The notes beneath the pieces are model-generated. The model did not search any database. It had not been told where the DNA came from and worked only from the letters and a program-made list of their open reading frames with translations. Shown here piece after piece: positions 47,170-55,827 of a stretch of 64,000 nucleotides of DNA; positions within the stretch are counted from its first letter, which is position 1; each line of letters starts with the position of its first letter. The DNA lies in the NCBI GenBank assembly GCA_963692915.1, contig OY843584.1, positions 32,001 to 96,000 of the forward strand. The letters are read 5' to 3'. Position numbers and translations under genes: made by a program. This DNA is from Cenarchaeum sp. Lineage in GTDB: Archaea; Thermoproteota; Nitrososphaeria; Nitrososphaerales; Nitrosopumilaceae.

Positions 47170-48186
47170 ATGATCGACGCGGCTGCCGTGGAGACGATAG
47201 ACACGCATGGCATGGCACGCGCGTACTCGCGATGGCCAGAGATGGCGCGCGAGGCGTACGCCTCGGTGAGGGAGCGCTCTGATGGCCCGCTGCCGCACCA
47301 CGTGGTGCTAGCCGGCATGGGCGGCTCGGGGGCCATCAGCGACCTTTTCGAGTCGGTTCTCTCTGGTGATGACATACATGTTGATGTCGTAAAGGGGTAT
47401 CACCTCCCGCGCACCGCCGGCCCCGGCACGCTAGTCGTGGCCACGAGCATATCGGGCAACACGGCCGAGACGATGAGCGTCCTGCGCCTCGCCGTCGATG
47501 CTGGATGCCGGACCGTGTCGTTCTCTGATGGCGGCCTGCTCGGCGAGTATTGCTCAAAGCGGGGCCTTGCGCACACGCGCGTGCGCATGGAGCACTCGCC
47601 GCGGGCCTCGATGCCGGCGTTTCTCTACACTATGCTCGCCGCTCTAGGCGACGAGCTGCCGATTCGGGATGCTGACGTTGGCGAGTCGATGTCGGTTCTC
47701 GCCGAGATTGCGCCAAGCGTCTCGCGGCCAGAACTCGCAGCTCAGAACGCCTCGCTCTCGCTTGCCGAGTGGCTTCCGGACATCCCGCTCGTCTACTATC
47801 CGTGGGGCCTGCGCGCGGCGGCCATACGCTTCAAGAACTCGCTGCAAGAGAACGCAAAGACGCACGCGATGGCCGAGGACGTCATGGAGGCGTGCCACAA
47901 CGGCATTGTCGCCTGGATGCGCGACTCGCGCGTTCGCCCAATACTCATTCGCGGCGGCGATGACCATGAAAAGACAAAGGAGCGCTGGGATATACTCGAG
48001 GACTTTTTTATGCAGCACGGCATATCGCACAGGGTCGTCACCGCACCGGGCAAGTCAATCCTAGCGCGCCTCGTTGGGCTGATGTACATGCTAGACTATG
48101 CGTCAATATACAGGGCAGTGATGCTTGGGGTGGATCCCACGCCAGTCGGGCCGATCGAGTACGTCAAGGGACGCCTCTCGCCCTAG
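47170..48186 (+). CDS. Bifunctional glucose-6-phosphate/mannose-6-phosphate isomerase (SIS)
   Basis: GMGGSG, SISGNT-ET, SPR, RFKNSLQENAK, EACHN and DPTPV-PI. Confidence 0.88.
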   Translation: MIDAAAVETIDTHGMARAYSRWPEMAREAYASVRERSDGPLPHHVVLAGMGGSGAISDLFESVLSGDDIHVDVVKGYHLPRTAGPGTLVVATSISGNTAETMSVLRLAVDAGCRTVSFSDGGLLGEYCSKRGLAHTRVRMEHSPRASMPAFLYTMLAALGDELPIRDADVGESMSVLAEIAPSVSRPELAAQNASLSLAEWLPDIPLVYYPWGLRAAAIRFKNSLQENAKTHAMAEDVMEACHNGIVAWMRDSRVRPILIRGGDDHEKTKERWDILEDFFMQHGISHRVVTAPGKSILARLVGLMYMLDYASIYRAVMLGVDPTPVGPIEYVKGRLSP

Positions 48187-48992
48187 CCCTCGCGCGAGCG
48201 CCTGATGTCTCCCTCGTACTTGCGGTTTATCGCGCGCGCGTTTGGGATCTTTTTGAGATATGCGTCATTTATCTCCTTTACCTGCTTGATCCTCCTGCTG
48301 TTGACTAGGTTCAGGTTTGGTATGACGCAGTGGCCGCCAATGTATCCGGGGAACATCTTTGGGCGGTTTTTCAAAAACTTGTGTATGGGCTCGGCGTACT
48401 GCCACATCTCGTCATAGTCGACCCCGTGCTCGCGCGCGATTAGGTTTGTCAGCTGAGCATAGTTGATGAGCCATCCATAGTATGACGTGTCGCAGAGAAC
48501 CTTTGCAAGCTCTAGCGTTTTCGGGCTCGACATGCGCCTTGTCCTGATGCCGCACTTGCGCATCGTCCGGCGATAGAGTGATGCTGCCCACTCGCGCCGT
48601 GGCGCGGATCGCTCAACAGAATAGAACTTTGTGTACCGCCTTATGTCCTGAACCATCCTGCGGTGAACCCCACTCGTCGCGCTATACACCACAGGTATGT
48701 CCAGGGAGCCCTGCAGCGCGCGTGTCGTGCCAGGGCTGACCGTGCTGTGTATGGCGACGCATGTGGGGGAGAACATTTCTACGAGTTTTGTGACGTCGCG
48801 CGCAAACGACGGCGTGAACGGTATGCAGACGTGGAGCAGCGAGCACTCGACGCTGTCGGGGCAGTCTGCGCGCCTCATCTTTTGCGAGTCAATGTCATAG
48901 CCCATGGTGGGAAGTTCCTTTCGCAGTATGCGCGATATGGGTTTGCCAATCTCGCCGAGGCCGGCGACAATGTTGTGCTTCGTGCGGCTCAT
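48183..48992 (-). CDS. Short nucleotide-sugar dehydrogenase-like protein
   Basis: GLGEIG, HSTV-PGTT, LELAK and GYIGGHC. No C-terminal UDP-binding domain. Confidence 0.78.
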   Translation of the reverse strand: MSRTKHNIVAGLGEIGKPISRILRKELPTMGYDIDSQKMRRADCPDSVECSLLHVCIPFTPSFARDVTKLVEMFSPTCVAIHSTVSPGTTRALQGSLDIPVVYSATSGVHRRMVQDIRRYTKFYSVERSAPRREWAASLYRRTMRKCGIRTRRMSSPKTLELAKVLCDTSYYGWLINYAQLTNLIAREHGVDYDEMWQYAEPIHKFLKNRPKMFPGYIGGHCVIPNLNLVNSRRIKQVKEINDAYLKKIPNARAINRKYEGDIRRSREG

Positions 48993-49030
48993 GCAGGCCT
49001 CGCCCGTTAATTAACCGTGTGGGCCGCGCG

Positions 49031-50002
49031 CTAGTCCCACGCGAGGTCGCGCCCGATGAGCCTGTAGAGCTCGGCGTTGGGCCGGCGATAGTACTCGGAG
49101 AGGCGCGCCCTAGTCTGCTCGTCGATGCCCTCACCGCCATCTCCAATGTTGCGCTTTCTTGCGTCGCGCAGCCTGTGGCGCCGAATCCCGACAAAGTCAG
49201 TCACGCGGTCAGTCGTGCCCTGCGCGTCGGCCTTTAGCTCCTCGCTGTCAAGGACGAGAACCCTGCCGGGACACGCCTTGAGCCACGCGCCTAGCCATCT
49301 CGCATAGCAGCCGTTGCGCGCGTACCCGTAGCCAAAATATGCCCTGCTATAGTACGATCCGTCACGCTCCATCCTTTCGTACTCACCGGCGATCCTCGAC
49401 TCCTCGCGCCCTATGGCCTCGGCAAACGGGAGCTCCTCGGTCACCTCGGGTGAGACGCGCACGTTCATGCGATAGTGAGAGTATGCGCGCTCGATGGGGT
49501 CTCGCACGAGCGCTATGAACTTGGCATCCGGCGTGACGTCGGCTATGCGGCTCATCGCGTGCGGGTGGTTGACATATCTCACCGAGGCGTCTATGACTAT
49601 GGATCTGTGTCCAGTCCTGCGCTCATGGAGCGCCTTTTGGATCTTTAGCGGAAAGTTTGACTTGTACCAGTTGAGGCCGCGCCTGTATCGCTCGTCATGC
49701 GCAAAGTACCTGACCTCCTTTAGGAGGCCAACATGGACGTCGGGGTGTTCGGCGAGGTACGCGTGGAGCGACGTCGTGCCGCATTTTGGAAAGCCAATAA
49801 TGTACACGTTGGGCAGCATGTGGAGTGGGCCGACGATCCGGCCGTACGTGATGTGCAGCGATCGCGCAATGCGGTATGCGCGCCGGTGCGGCGCTAGCCT
49901 GCCTTGGACGCGCATCTTTGCGAGGCTGATCCGGCCACCACGCCCCATGAGGTCATTGCGCTGCGCGGCGCTTCCGACAATGAGCGGGTCATCTGCGCCC
50001 AT
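49031..50002 (-). CDS. Sulfotransferase (PAPS-dependent)
   Basis: IIGFPKCGTTSL (5'-PSB loop), HP...KE-x2-F, RDPIERAYSHY (3'-PB) and YYRRPNAEL. Confidence 0.9.
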   Translation of the reverse strand: MGADDPLIVGSAAQRNDLMGRGGRISLAKMRVQGRLAPHRRAYRIARSLHITYGRIVGPLHMLPNVYIIGFPKCGTTSLHAYLAEHPDVHVGLLKEVRYFAHDERYRRGLNWYKSNFPLKIQKALHERRTGHRSIVIDASVRYVNHPHAMSRIADVTPDAKFIALVRDPIERAYSHYRMNVRVSPEVTEELPFAEAIGREESRIAGEYERMERDGSYYSRAYFGYGYARNGCYARWLGAWLKACPGRVLVLDSEELKADAQGTTDRVTDFVGIRRHRLRDARKRNIGDGGEGIDEQTRARLSEYYRRPNAELYRLIGRDLAWD

Positions 50003-50113
50003 GGGTCTTGTTGCGCGGTGTGATCCTTTAAAGTGTGCCGTGGCAGACCCGTGCCCGTGCACGCACGGATCGGCGAGCTCACTTATAGCCTCGGCACAAG
50101 CGCTGCTCCGGCG

Positions 50114-51607
50114 TTGTCTGGCATCCGCGTGACGTACTCTGGACTCGCCTCCTTTGCGGCCGGCACGATGACGCTGGTCCTCGGCCTGGCCTTTACGCTA
50201 GTCATCGCGCGTGGCTTGCCCATCGAGGAGTATGGCGCGTGGGGCGCGATATGGGCCCTCTTGACGTATGCGCTCCTCCTTGATCCGGTCGTGTCGTACT
50301 GGGCCACGCGCGATGCGGCGCGCGGCATTGCAGTTGCGCGCACGGCAGTCGCTTCCAGTGCAGCGCTCTCTGGTGCGGCAACCGTGGCGTATGTCGCCAT
50401 GGCATACGCGCTGGCTCCGGCCGGAGGAGTCGATGTCAGCATACTTGCGCTCGCCGCAGTCATTGTTCCCTCCGAGATGGTTCGCCGCGCCCTGGCGTCA
50501 ATAACGCTGACTCACCGCCCGCACGGCGTAGAGTATGCGCTCCTTGCCGGCTCGGCCGCAAAGACGATCCTCGCGCTCGCCCTCGTCCTGAGCCTCTCGA
50601 TGGGAATCGGCGGCGTCATCGCCGCGGCTCTTGCCGGCTCGGCCCTCAACGCCGCAATTCTTGCCGCAATGTCGCGCTCTAGGCTAGCCGGCGCGCTTGA
50701 GCCCTCGCGCATACGGCGATGGCTGCGCCTCTCGTGGATACCCGCATGGCGCAACCTCGTGCCACTACTCTCAAAGTCAGACATTGTCGTGTTTACCGTG
50801 ATCACCGGCTCACTCGTCGGCGTCGCGTACTGGATCGCAGCTCGCACGATCGCCCTTGTGGCAGCACACGCCGAACGCGTCAACACGGCGCTCTACCCGA
50901 GCCTCCTTGCCGGAGGCGCACGAGATGGACTGCGCGAAAACCTCGCACTCGTCCTCTACATGGTCTTTCCGCTTGCCGCAATGGCCTCTGCGCTCGCCGA
51001 GCCGGCACTTCGTGCGCTCGGGCCGGCATATGCGGCCGCCGCACCTGCCGTGCCCATACTTGTTGCGCTAGTATCGATGCGCATGGTGACCAACGTGCTT
51101 GCGCGCGCACTCGCCGGAATCGAGGACGTTGATGCCAAAAACGCGACTGCCATCGCGCACGCGCGCAGCCGCCTGTTCTCGATTCCGTCCCTCATCGTAA
51201 TGCAGCGCAGCGCGTACCTTGTCGCACTCGCAGTCATGCTAGTCGCCCTCATGCCACTCGGCATCGACGAGCCAACACTCGTAGTCTATTGGGCCGCCCT
51301 CGCACTGGCCATGCAGGTTCCGCACTTTGCGCACATCTGCGTGATCGCGCGCGGCGAGTTTGCCCTAGTGCGCACGCGATGTGCTGCAGCACACGCGCTG
51401 TGCGCTGCGGCCTCGTTTGGGGCAGTTTACGTGGCATCTGAGCCGCTTCTCCTGGGTCTTGATGGCGCACTAGAGCTTGCGCCACGCATACTGGTCCTCG
51501 CCGTAATCGGCATTGGCGCGTACGGCGCGCTGACATATGCGGCCGATTCGAGGACGCGCGCACTCGCCGGCGCCATCGTGCGCGAGCTGGGGGTCAGACG
51601 CCGATGA
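50114..51607 (+). CDS. Polysaccharide flippase-like multi-pass membrane protein
   Basis: Many hydrophobic helices and an RGL-x2-EEYG-W Wzx-like motif. TTG start (MSGIRVTYSG) inferred from a TTATA box at about 50083. Confidence 0.75.
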   Translation: MSGIRVTYSGLASFAAGTMTLVLGLAFTLVIARGLPIEEYGAWGAIWALLTYALLLDPVVSYWATRDAARGIAVARTAVASSAALSGAATVAYVAMAYALAPAGGVDVSILALAAVIVPSEMVRRALASITLTHRPHGVEYALLAGSAAKTILALALVLSLSMGIGGVIAAALAGSALNAAILAAMSRSRLAGALEPSRIRRWLRLSWIPAWRNLVPLLSKSDIVVFTVITGSLVGVAYWIAARTIALVAAHAERVNTALYPSLLAGGARDGLRENLALVLYMVFPLAAMASALAEPALRALGPAYAAAAPAVPILVALVSMRMVTNVLARALAGIEDVDAKNATAIAHARSRLFSIPSLIVMQRSAYLVALAVMLVALMPLGIDEPTLVVYWAALALAMQVPHFAHICVIARGEFALVRTRCAAAHALCAAASFGAVYVASEPLLLGLDGALELAPRILVLAVIGIGAYGALTYAADSRTRALAGAIVRELGVRRR

Positions 51608-52554
51608 AGATCCTCTATGTCGCCTCGCGATACACGGGCGGGACCGGCATGTACGCGGTTCAGGTCTCGGAGATGATGCGCGCGCGCGGGCATGACGTCG
51701 AGCTCCTGCACGCGCCATACATTCACGCAAGAAACGCCGCCCAGCCTTCATTTGCCGTGGCATCTGCCCTAAAGGCCACGCTCACAAGACGACACCACGA
51801 CATCGTCCACGCGTTTGGCATGCCTGCGGCCCTCGCGATGCGACTCGCGCACGCGCGCCGCCGCGTCCTCACGCTAGGCGGAGTGTATTCAGAGCAGTTT
51901 GGCATGATACACCCAGGCGTTGCGCACTCGGCAGTCACTGCAGCAGAGCCGCGAGCCCTCTCCTGGGCCGACGCGCTCACGACTGACTCTGAGGACGTGC
52001 GTCAAAGGTATGCAAAGAGGCTTGGCGTGGACCTCGAGGTTCTCCTCGGCCCGCTAGACACGTCGAGGTTTGGCAGCATCGCGCGAGTGGAGCGTGACGG
52101 CAGCCCGACTGTCTCGTATGTCGGGCGCGACAGCCCCGAAAAGGGAATCGCCATTCTGCGCGCCGCCGAAAAGTCGATCAAGGCCACGGTGAAATATTGT
52201 GTGTCGCTGCCATGGGAGGAGGCCATGGCTACACTGGCCTCCTCGGACGTCTTTGTGCAGCCGTCGCTCGCCGAGAGCATACCAAACGCGACAAAGGAGG
52301 CCCAGTATCTTGGCATACCCGCAGTCGGCTCGAACGTCGGCGGGATACCCGAGATAATAGAGCATGGCAAGACTGGCCTGCTTGTGCAGCCGGGCGACGC
52401 TGCTGCCCTCGCAGACGCGGTAAACTCGCTACTTGATGACCCCGAGATGGCCAAACGCCTCGCCGAGGCTGCGCGCCGGCGCGTCATCGAGCGTTTCTCC
52501 AGTGATGCGCTCGCTCCGATATATGACGAGTTTTACGCGCGCATTGCCGCATAG
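51604..52554 (+). CDS. Glycosyltransferase family 4
   Basis: VGR-x3-EKG, DVFVQPS-x2-ES-P-x4-EA, VGGIPEII and GLLV-PGD. Confidence 0.9.
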   Translation: MKILYVASRYTGGTGMYAVQVSEMMRARGHDVELLHAPYIHARNAAQPSFAVASALKATLTRRHHDIVHAFGMPAALAMRLAHARRRVLTLGGVYSEQFGMIHPGVAHSAVTAAEPRALSWADALTTDSEDVRQRYAKRLGVDLEVLLGPLDTSRFGSIARVERDGSPTVSYVGRDSPEKGIAILRAAEKSIKATVKYCVSLPWEEAMATLASSDVFVQPSLAESIPNATKEAQYLGIPAVGSNVGGIPEIIEHGKTGLLVQPGDAAALADAVNSLLDDPEMAKRLAEAARRRVIERFSSDALAPIYDEFYARIAA

Positions 52555-52610
52555 ATGAGCCGACTGTCTGATAGATCTGTAAATCCTGGTGGACTGCACT
52601 GTGGGCAGTT

Positions 52611-54275
52611 CTAGACTGTTGCCTGCGAGGCCTCGTGCATCATCTGCGACTTTGCGCAGCCTGCTGCAAGCTCGTCGCCGGCACCGCGCCTCATGAGGCC
52701 GCGATAGAGGCCGTCCTCGAGCTTTGTGCCCTCGCGCTCCTCCCACTCCTCGACGCTAATCGAGTACTTTTTCTGGATGCGGTCACGATACCACTCGGGT
52801 ATGACGTTGAACGCGCAAAAGGGCACAATCCTGAGGTCAGGCGTGAGATAGTGTATGTCACAGCGCTGGAGGCGCTCGAGGTCCTCGTTGTACTTGTCCT
52901 GAAAGTGCATCATGCCCAAAAAGAGACCCTTTACGTGCCAAGAGCCGACTGAGTCAAACGTGCGCTTCATGAGTATGTTGCCGAACATCTTTGCGAGGTC
53001 GAGGCCGGCGGGCTGCTTTTTCTTGTCGATGAACGATGAGAGCTTGCGCACGACCTCTAGCATCGTGAAATACTTGTTCTTGCCGGAGCGAATCTCCTCG
53101 GACTTGTCCTCAAAGAGCTCGAGCATTCCCTGTATGTCGCAGAATTTGGTTATCGGGACAAACTTGCGAGTGTCCTCATCCTCAAAGACATACGTGCCGG
53201 CTCCGCACGCAAAGTGTATCGAGAGCTCGTACTTTGGCTTGCTAGAGAACGCCTCGATGACGTTGGTGAGCGGCATGCAGCTCGGGACGGGGAACCAGTC
53301 GTCGATCGTGACCTCGCCGGCCGTCTGCTCCTCTATCCTCTGTATGCAGTCCGGTATCGTAATCCTGTACTTTTCGCGCTCTTGCTTGCCCATGCGACCC
53401 GTCAGCGAGACTGGCTGAAAGTTGACGGCGTGGACGACATCCATGTTCTTTTGCGCATAGCGGATGATTCCGCCGAGCTCGTGGTCGTTTATCGACTTTA
53501 TGACAGTGGGAACAAAGACGACAGTCGTGCCCGTCTTGCGGCAGCTGTCAAGGGCGTGCGGTATCTCCCAGTGGTTCTTTGGGTTTGTGCGCGCCGTGAC
53601 GCCGTCAAAGCTGAGATAGAGGTTGTTGCAGCCAGCCAGCCTGACCTCGCGTGCGGCCTCTGGATCCATGGCGTGGCGGATGCCGTTCGTGTTCATCTGT
53701 ATGTGGTCGACGCCCTCCTCCTTCATTATGCTGATGACATCGGTAATGTCCTCGCGCAGCATCGGCTCGCCGCCGGTGATCTGCATAGAGTTGCCCGGTA
53801 TTGGCCTCTCGGCGCGCAGCGTCTTCATCATTGCGCGTATCTGCGCGTGGTCTGGCTCGTACATGTATGCGCCCTCTAGGCCCTTTTTCACATAGAAAAA
53901 GCAGTACCAGCATGTCAGGTCGCACCTGTTGGTGACTATCATGTTTGCCAGGCCGCTGTGCGAGAGGTGGCTCGTGCAGAGGCCACAGTTGTTGGGGCAC
54001 GAGCACGTGTCCACGCGCACGTTTGGCGCATGGGCCCCCTTGCCGTCGACCCAGTACGTGCTGAACTTTTTGTACATCTCGTAGGACCCAAAGTAGAGCT
54101 CCTCGCACTCGCCGTGCTCGGGGCACGTCTTTGTCATGTATACGCGCCCGCCGCGCTCAAAGACCTCGGCATCGAGGATCATGTTGCAGTCAGGGCATAT
54201 GCTCTGCGTAAAGCGGATCGAGGACTTTTTGCCCTGTGCCTTGGGGCTCTGTCCGGCGATCTGTATCAGTGACAT
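52611..54275 (-). CDS. tes: Tetraether lipid synthase Tes (radical SAM, GDGT synthesis)
   Basis: TQSICPDC...KTCPEHG, CP-x2-CGLC-x2-H, TNRCDLTCWYCFF, GGEP, NFQPVS-TGR, MHFQD-YN-D-ER-x2-RC-IHY and PFCAFN. Confidence 0.9.
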   Translation of the reverse strand: MSLIQIAGQSPKAQGKKSSIRFTQSICPDCNMILDAEVFERGGRVYMTKTCPEHGECEELYFGSYEMYKKFSTYWVDGKGAHAPNVRVDTCSCPNNCGLCTSHLSHSGLANMIVTNRCDLTCWYCFFYVKKGLEGAYMYEPDHAQIRAMMKTLRAERPIPGNSMQITGGEPMLREDITDVISIMKEEGVDHIQMNTNGIRHAMDPEAAREVRLAGCNNLYLSFDGVTARTNPKNHWEIPHALDSCRKTGTTVVFVPTVIKSINDHELGGIIRYAQKNMDVVHAVNFQPVSLTGRMGKQEREKYRITIPDCIQRIEEQTAGEVTIDDWFPVPSCMPLTNVIEAFSSKPKYELSIHFACGAGTYVFEDEDTRKFVPITKFCDIQGMLELFEDKSEEIRSGKNKYFTMLEVVRKLSSFIDKKKQPAGLDLAKMFGNILMKRTFDSVGSWHVKGLFLGMMHFQDKYNEDLERLQRCDIHYLTPDLRIVPFCAFNVIPEWYRDRIQKKYSISVEEWEEREGTKLEDGLYRGLMRRGAGDELAAGCAKSQMMHEASQATV

Positions 54276-54307
54276 CCTGCATCAGGTGTTCTATGGGCCC
54301 TTATAAC

Positions 54308-54325
54308 GAATTTGTCACCAAATTC
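54308..54325. promoter_or_regulatory. Palindrome abutting the tes TATA box (putative operator)
   Basis: GAATTTG-TCAC-CAAATTC has perfect 7-bp arms. TTATAA at 54301-54306. Confidence 0.45.
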
Positions 54326-54383
54326 ACGGTGTTTTGGGGGTTTTCGTGCCTGATTTAAATACCCTAGAGGGTCTATAGCGCCC

Positions 54384-55148
54384 ATGAGCGTCTCGGGCAG
54401 GGTGCGCAAGGCTCTCGAGCGCGTCGGACTGACCGGATACGAGATCCGCGTCTACTCGTCGCTCCTCTCTGGCGGTCCGCAGAACGCCGGTGCCTTGAGC
54501 ACGGGCTCAGGCGTGCCGCACTCAAAGATATACGAAACGCTCGCGTCCCTCGAGGAGAAGGGGTGGGTCTCATCAGACGATTCGAGGCCGACTGTATACG
54601 CGCCTCACTCGCCGTCTACTGGCCTCGAGGCCACGCGCAGGGTCGCCGAGGAGCGCCTCACCGGCGACAGCCGCGCGATCATGGCCGAGCTTGGCCCCGT
54701 CTATGAAAAGAGCGGCACTAGCGAAAAGCCTGACATTCTGGTCCTCTCTGGACTCGAGAATATCGCCTCGCGGATATTGGAGATGATCGACTCTTGTAGG
54801 ACCGAGGTCATGATCGCCATGCCGCACGTCGGCCGCGAGATGTTGACTGCCGCGCTGCCAAAGCTGCGCCTCCTCCATGACCGCGGCGTAAAAATCACGG
54901 TTCTCGTGTCTGACGGGACGAGCTCGGCGACGGTCCGCTCGATATCGCGCGTTGCTGACGTAAAGGTGCGCCCAAATCTCTTTGGCGGCGGAATAATATC
55001 TGACCGGCAGCACGTCGTCATACTCCTGGGCCCCGAGTCGGGCACGGCGAGTCCCGAGATAGTCGCCATATGGGCAGATCATGCGGGCCTGGCGAGCCTG
55101 GCGCGCGAATACTTTGAATATCTCATAAACGACGAGGCTGCGCAATGA
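54384..55148 (+). CDS. TrmB family transcriptional regulator
   Basis: GLT-YE-RVY-x2-LL, SGVP-SKIY-x2-L-SL-x2-KGWV and RP-x2-Y. Confidence 0.9.
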   Translation: MSVSGRVRKALERVGLTGYEIRVYSSLLSGGPQNAGALSTGSGVPHSKIYETLASLEEKGWVSSDDSRPTVYAPHSPSTGLEATRRVAEERLTGDSRAIMAELGPVYEKSGTSEKPDILVLSGLENIASRILEMIDSCRTEVMIAMPHVGREMLTAALPKLRLLHDRGVKITVLVSDGTSSATVRSISRVADVKVRPNLFGGGIISDRQHVVILLGPESGTASPEIVAIWADHAGLASLAREYFEYLINDEAAQ

Positions 55149-55609
55149 CGGGCGAGCACGGCGAGGAGACGCTCTTTGTGGGGACGGCCGAGGCCGAGCA
55201 CATGGAGATGTACCTAAAGGCGATATGGCACATACGCGAGCGCGGCGAGGAGGTAAAGATTAGCACGATTGCGCGCATGCTCCACATTCGCCAGCCAAGC
55301 GTTGTCCAGATGCTCAAAAAGCTCGACAGGCAAGGCCTTGTGACATATGACAAGCTCGACGTGGCGCCAACTGCGCGCGGCCGCGAGATTGCGACAAAGA
55401 TGATCCGCAACAGCCGCCTCCTGGAGGTTCTCATGGACGAGGCCCTAAAGATAGACATTGATGAGGAACTCGTGTGCGGAACCGAGCACCACATGAGCAA
55501 ACAGTTCACCGACGCGCTGTGCACGATGCTGCACCACCCGCGCAAGTGTCCGCACAACCTTGACATTCCGGCCGGCGAGTGCTGTGAGAAGAAAGAGGAT
55601 GCGGAATGA
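55145..55609 (+). CDS. DtxR/MntR family metal-dependent regulator
   Basis: EMYLKAI, IARML-x4-PSV-x2-ML-KL, RLLE, C-x2-EH and CPH-x3-IP. Confidence 0.92.
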   Translation: MTGEHGEETLFVGTAEAEHMEMYLKAIWHIRERGEEVKISTIARMLHIRQPSVVQMLKKLDRQGLVTYDKLDVAPTARGREIATKMIRNSRLLEVLMDEALKIDIDEELVCGTEHHMSKQFTDALCTMLHHPRKCPHNLDIPAGECCEKKEDAE

Positions 55610-55827
55610 TACGTGACAAGAGTACATATAGCGCATATGGTATAGGGACAAACCCCGAGAGACTCATACTCGCGCACTCGCGCACTCGCGCACTCGCGCA
55701 CTCGCGCACAACTGAACAAAGATCTGCTGATCACCCCAACTCTACACAAATTTCTGTTTTATGTGATCTCTACTCGTGTGGACTTCAGTGTTCCGCCCCT
55801 CTGTGTGATGGGGGATTGTCGCCATGA
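55606..55827 (+). CDS. Putative leader/coupling ORF (73 aa) containing an 8-bp repeat
   Basis: Start overlaps the DtxR stop (ATGA 55606-55609) and stop overlaps the methyltransferase start (ATGA 55824-55827). No recognisable protein motif. Confidence 0.35.
   Translation: MIRDKSTYSAYGIGTNPERLILAHSRTRALAHSRTTEQRSADHPNSTQISVLCDLYSCGLQCSAPLCDGGLSP
55668..55709. repeat. (ACTCGCGC)5 perfect simple sequence repeat
   Basis: Units at 55668, 55676, 55684, 55692 and 55700, plus a partial AC. Confidence 0.95.
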
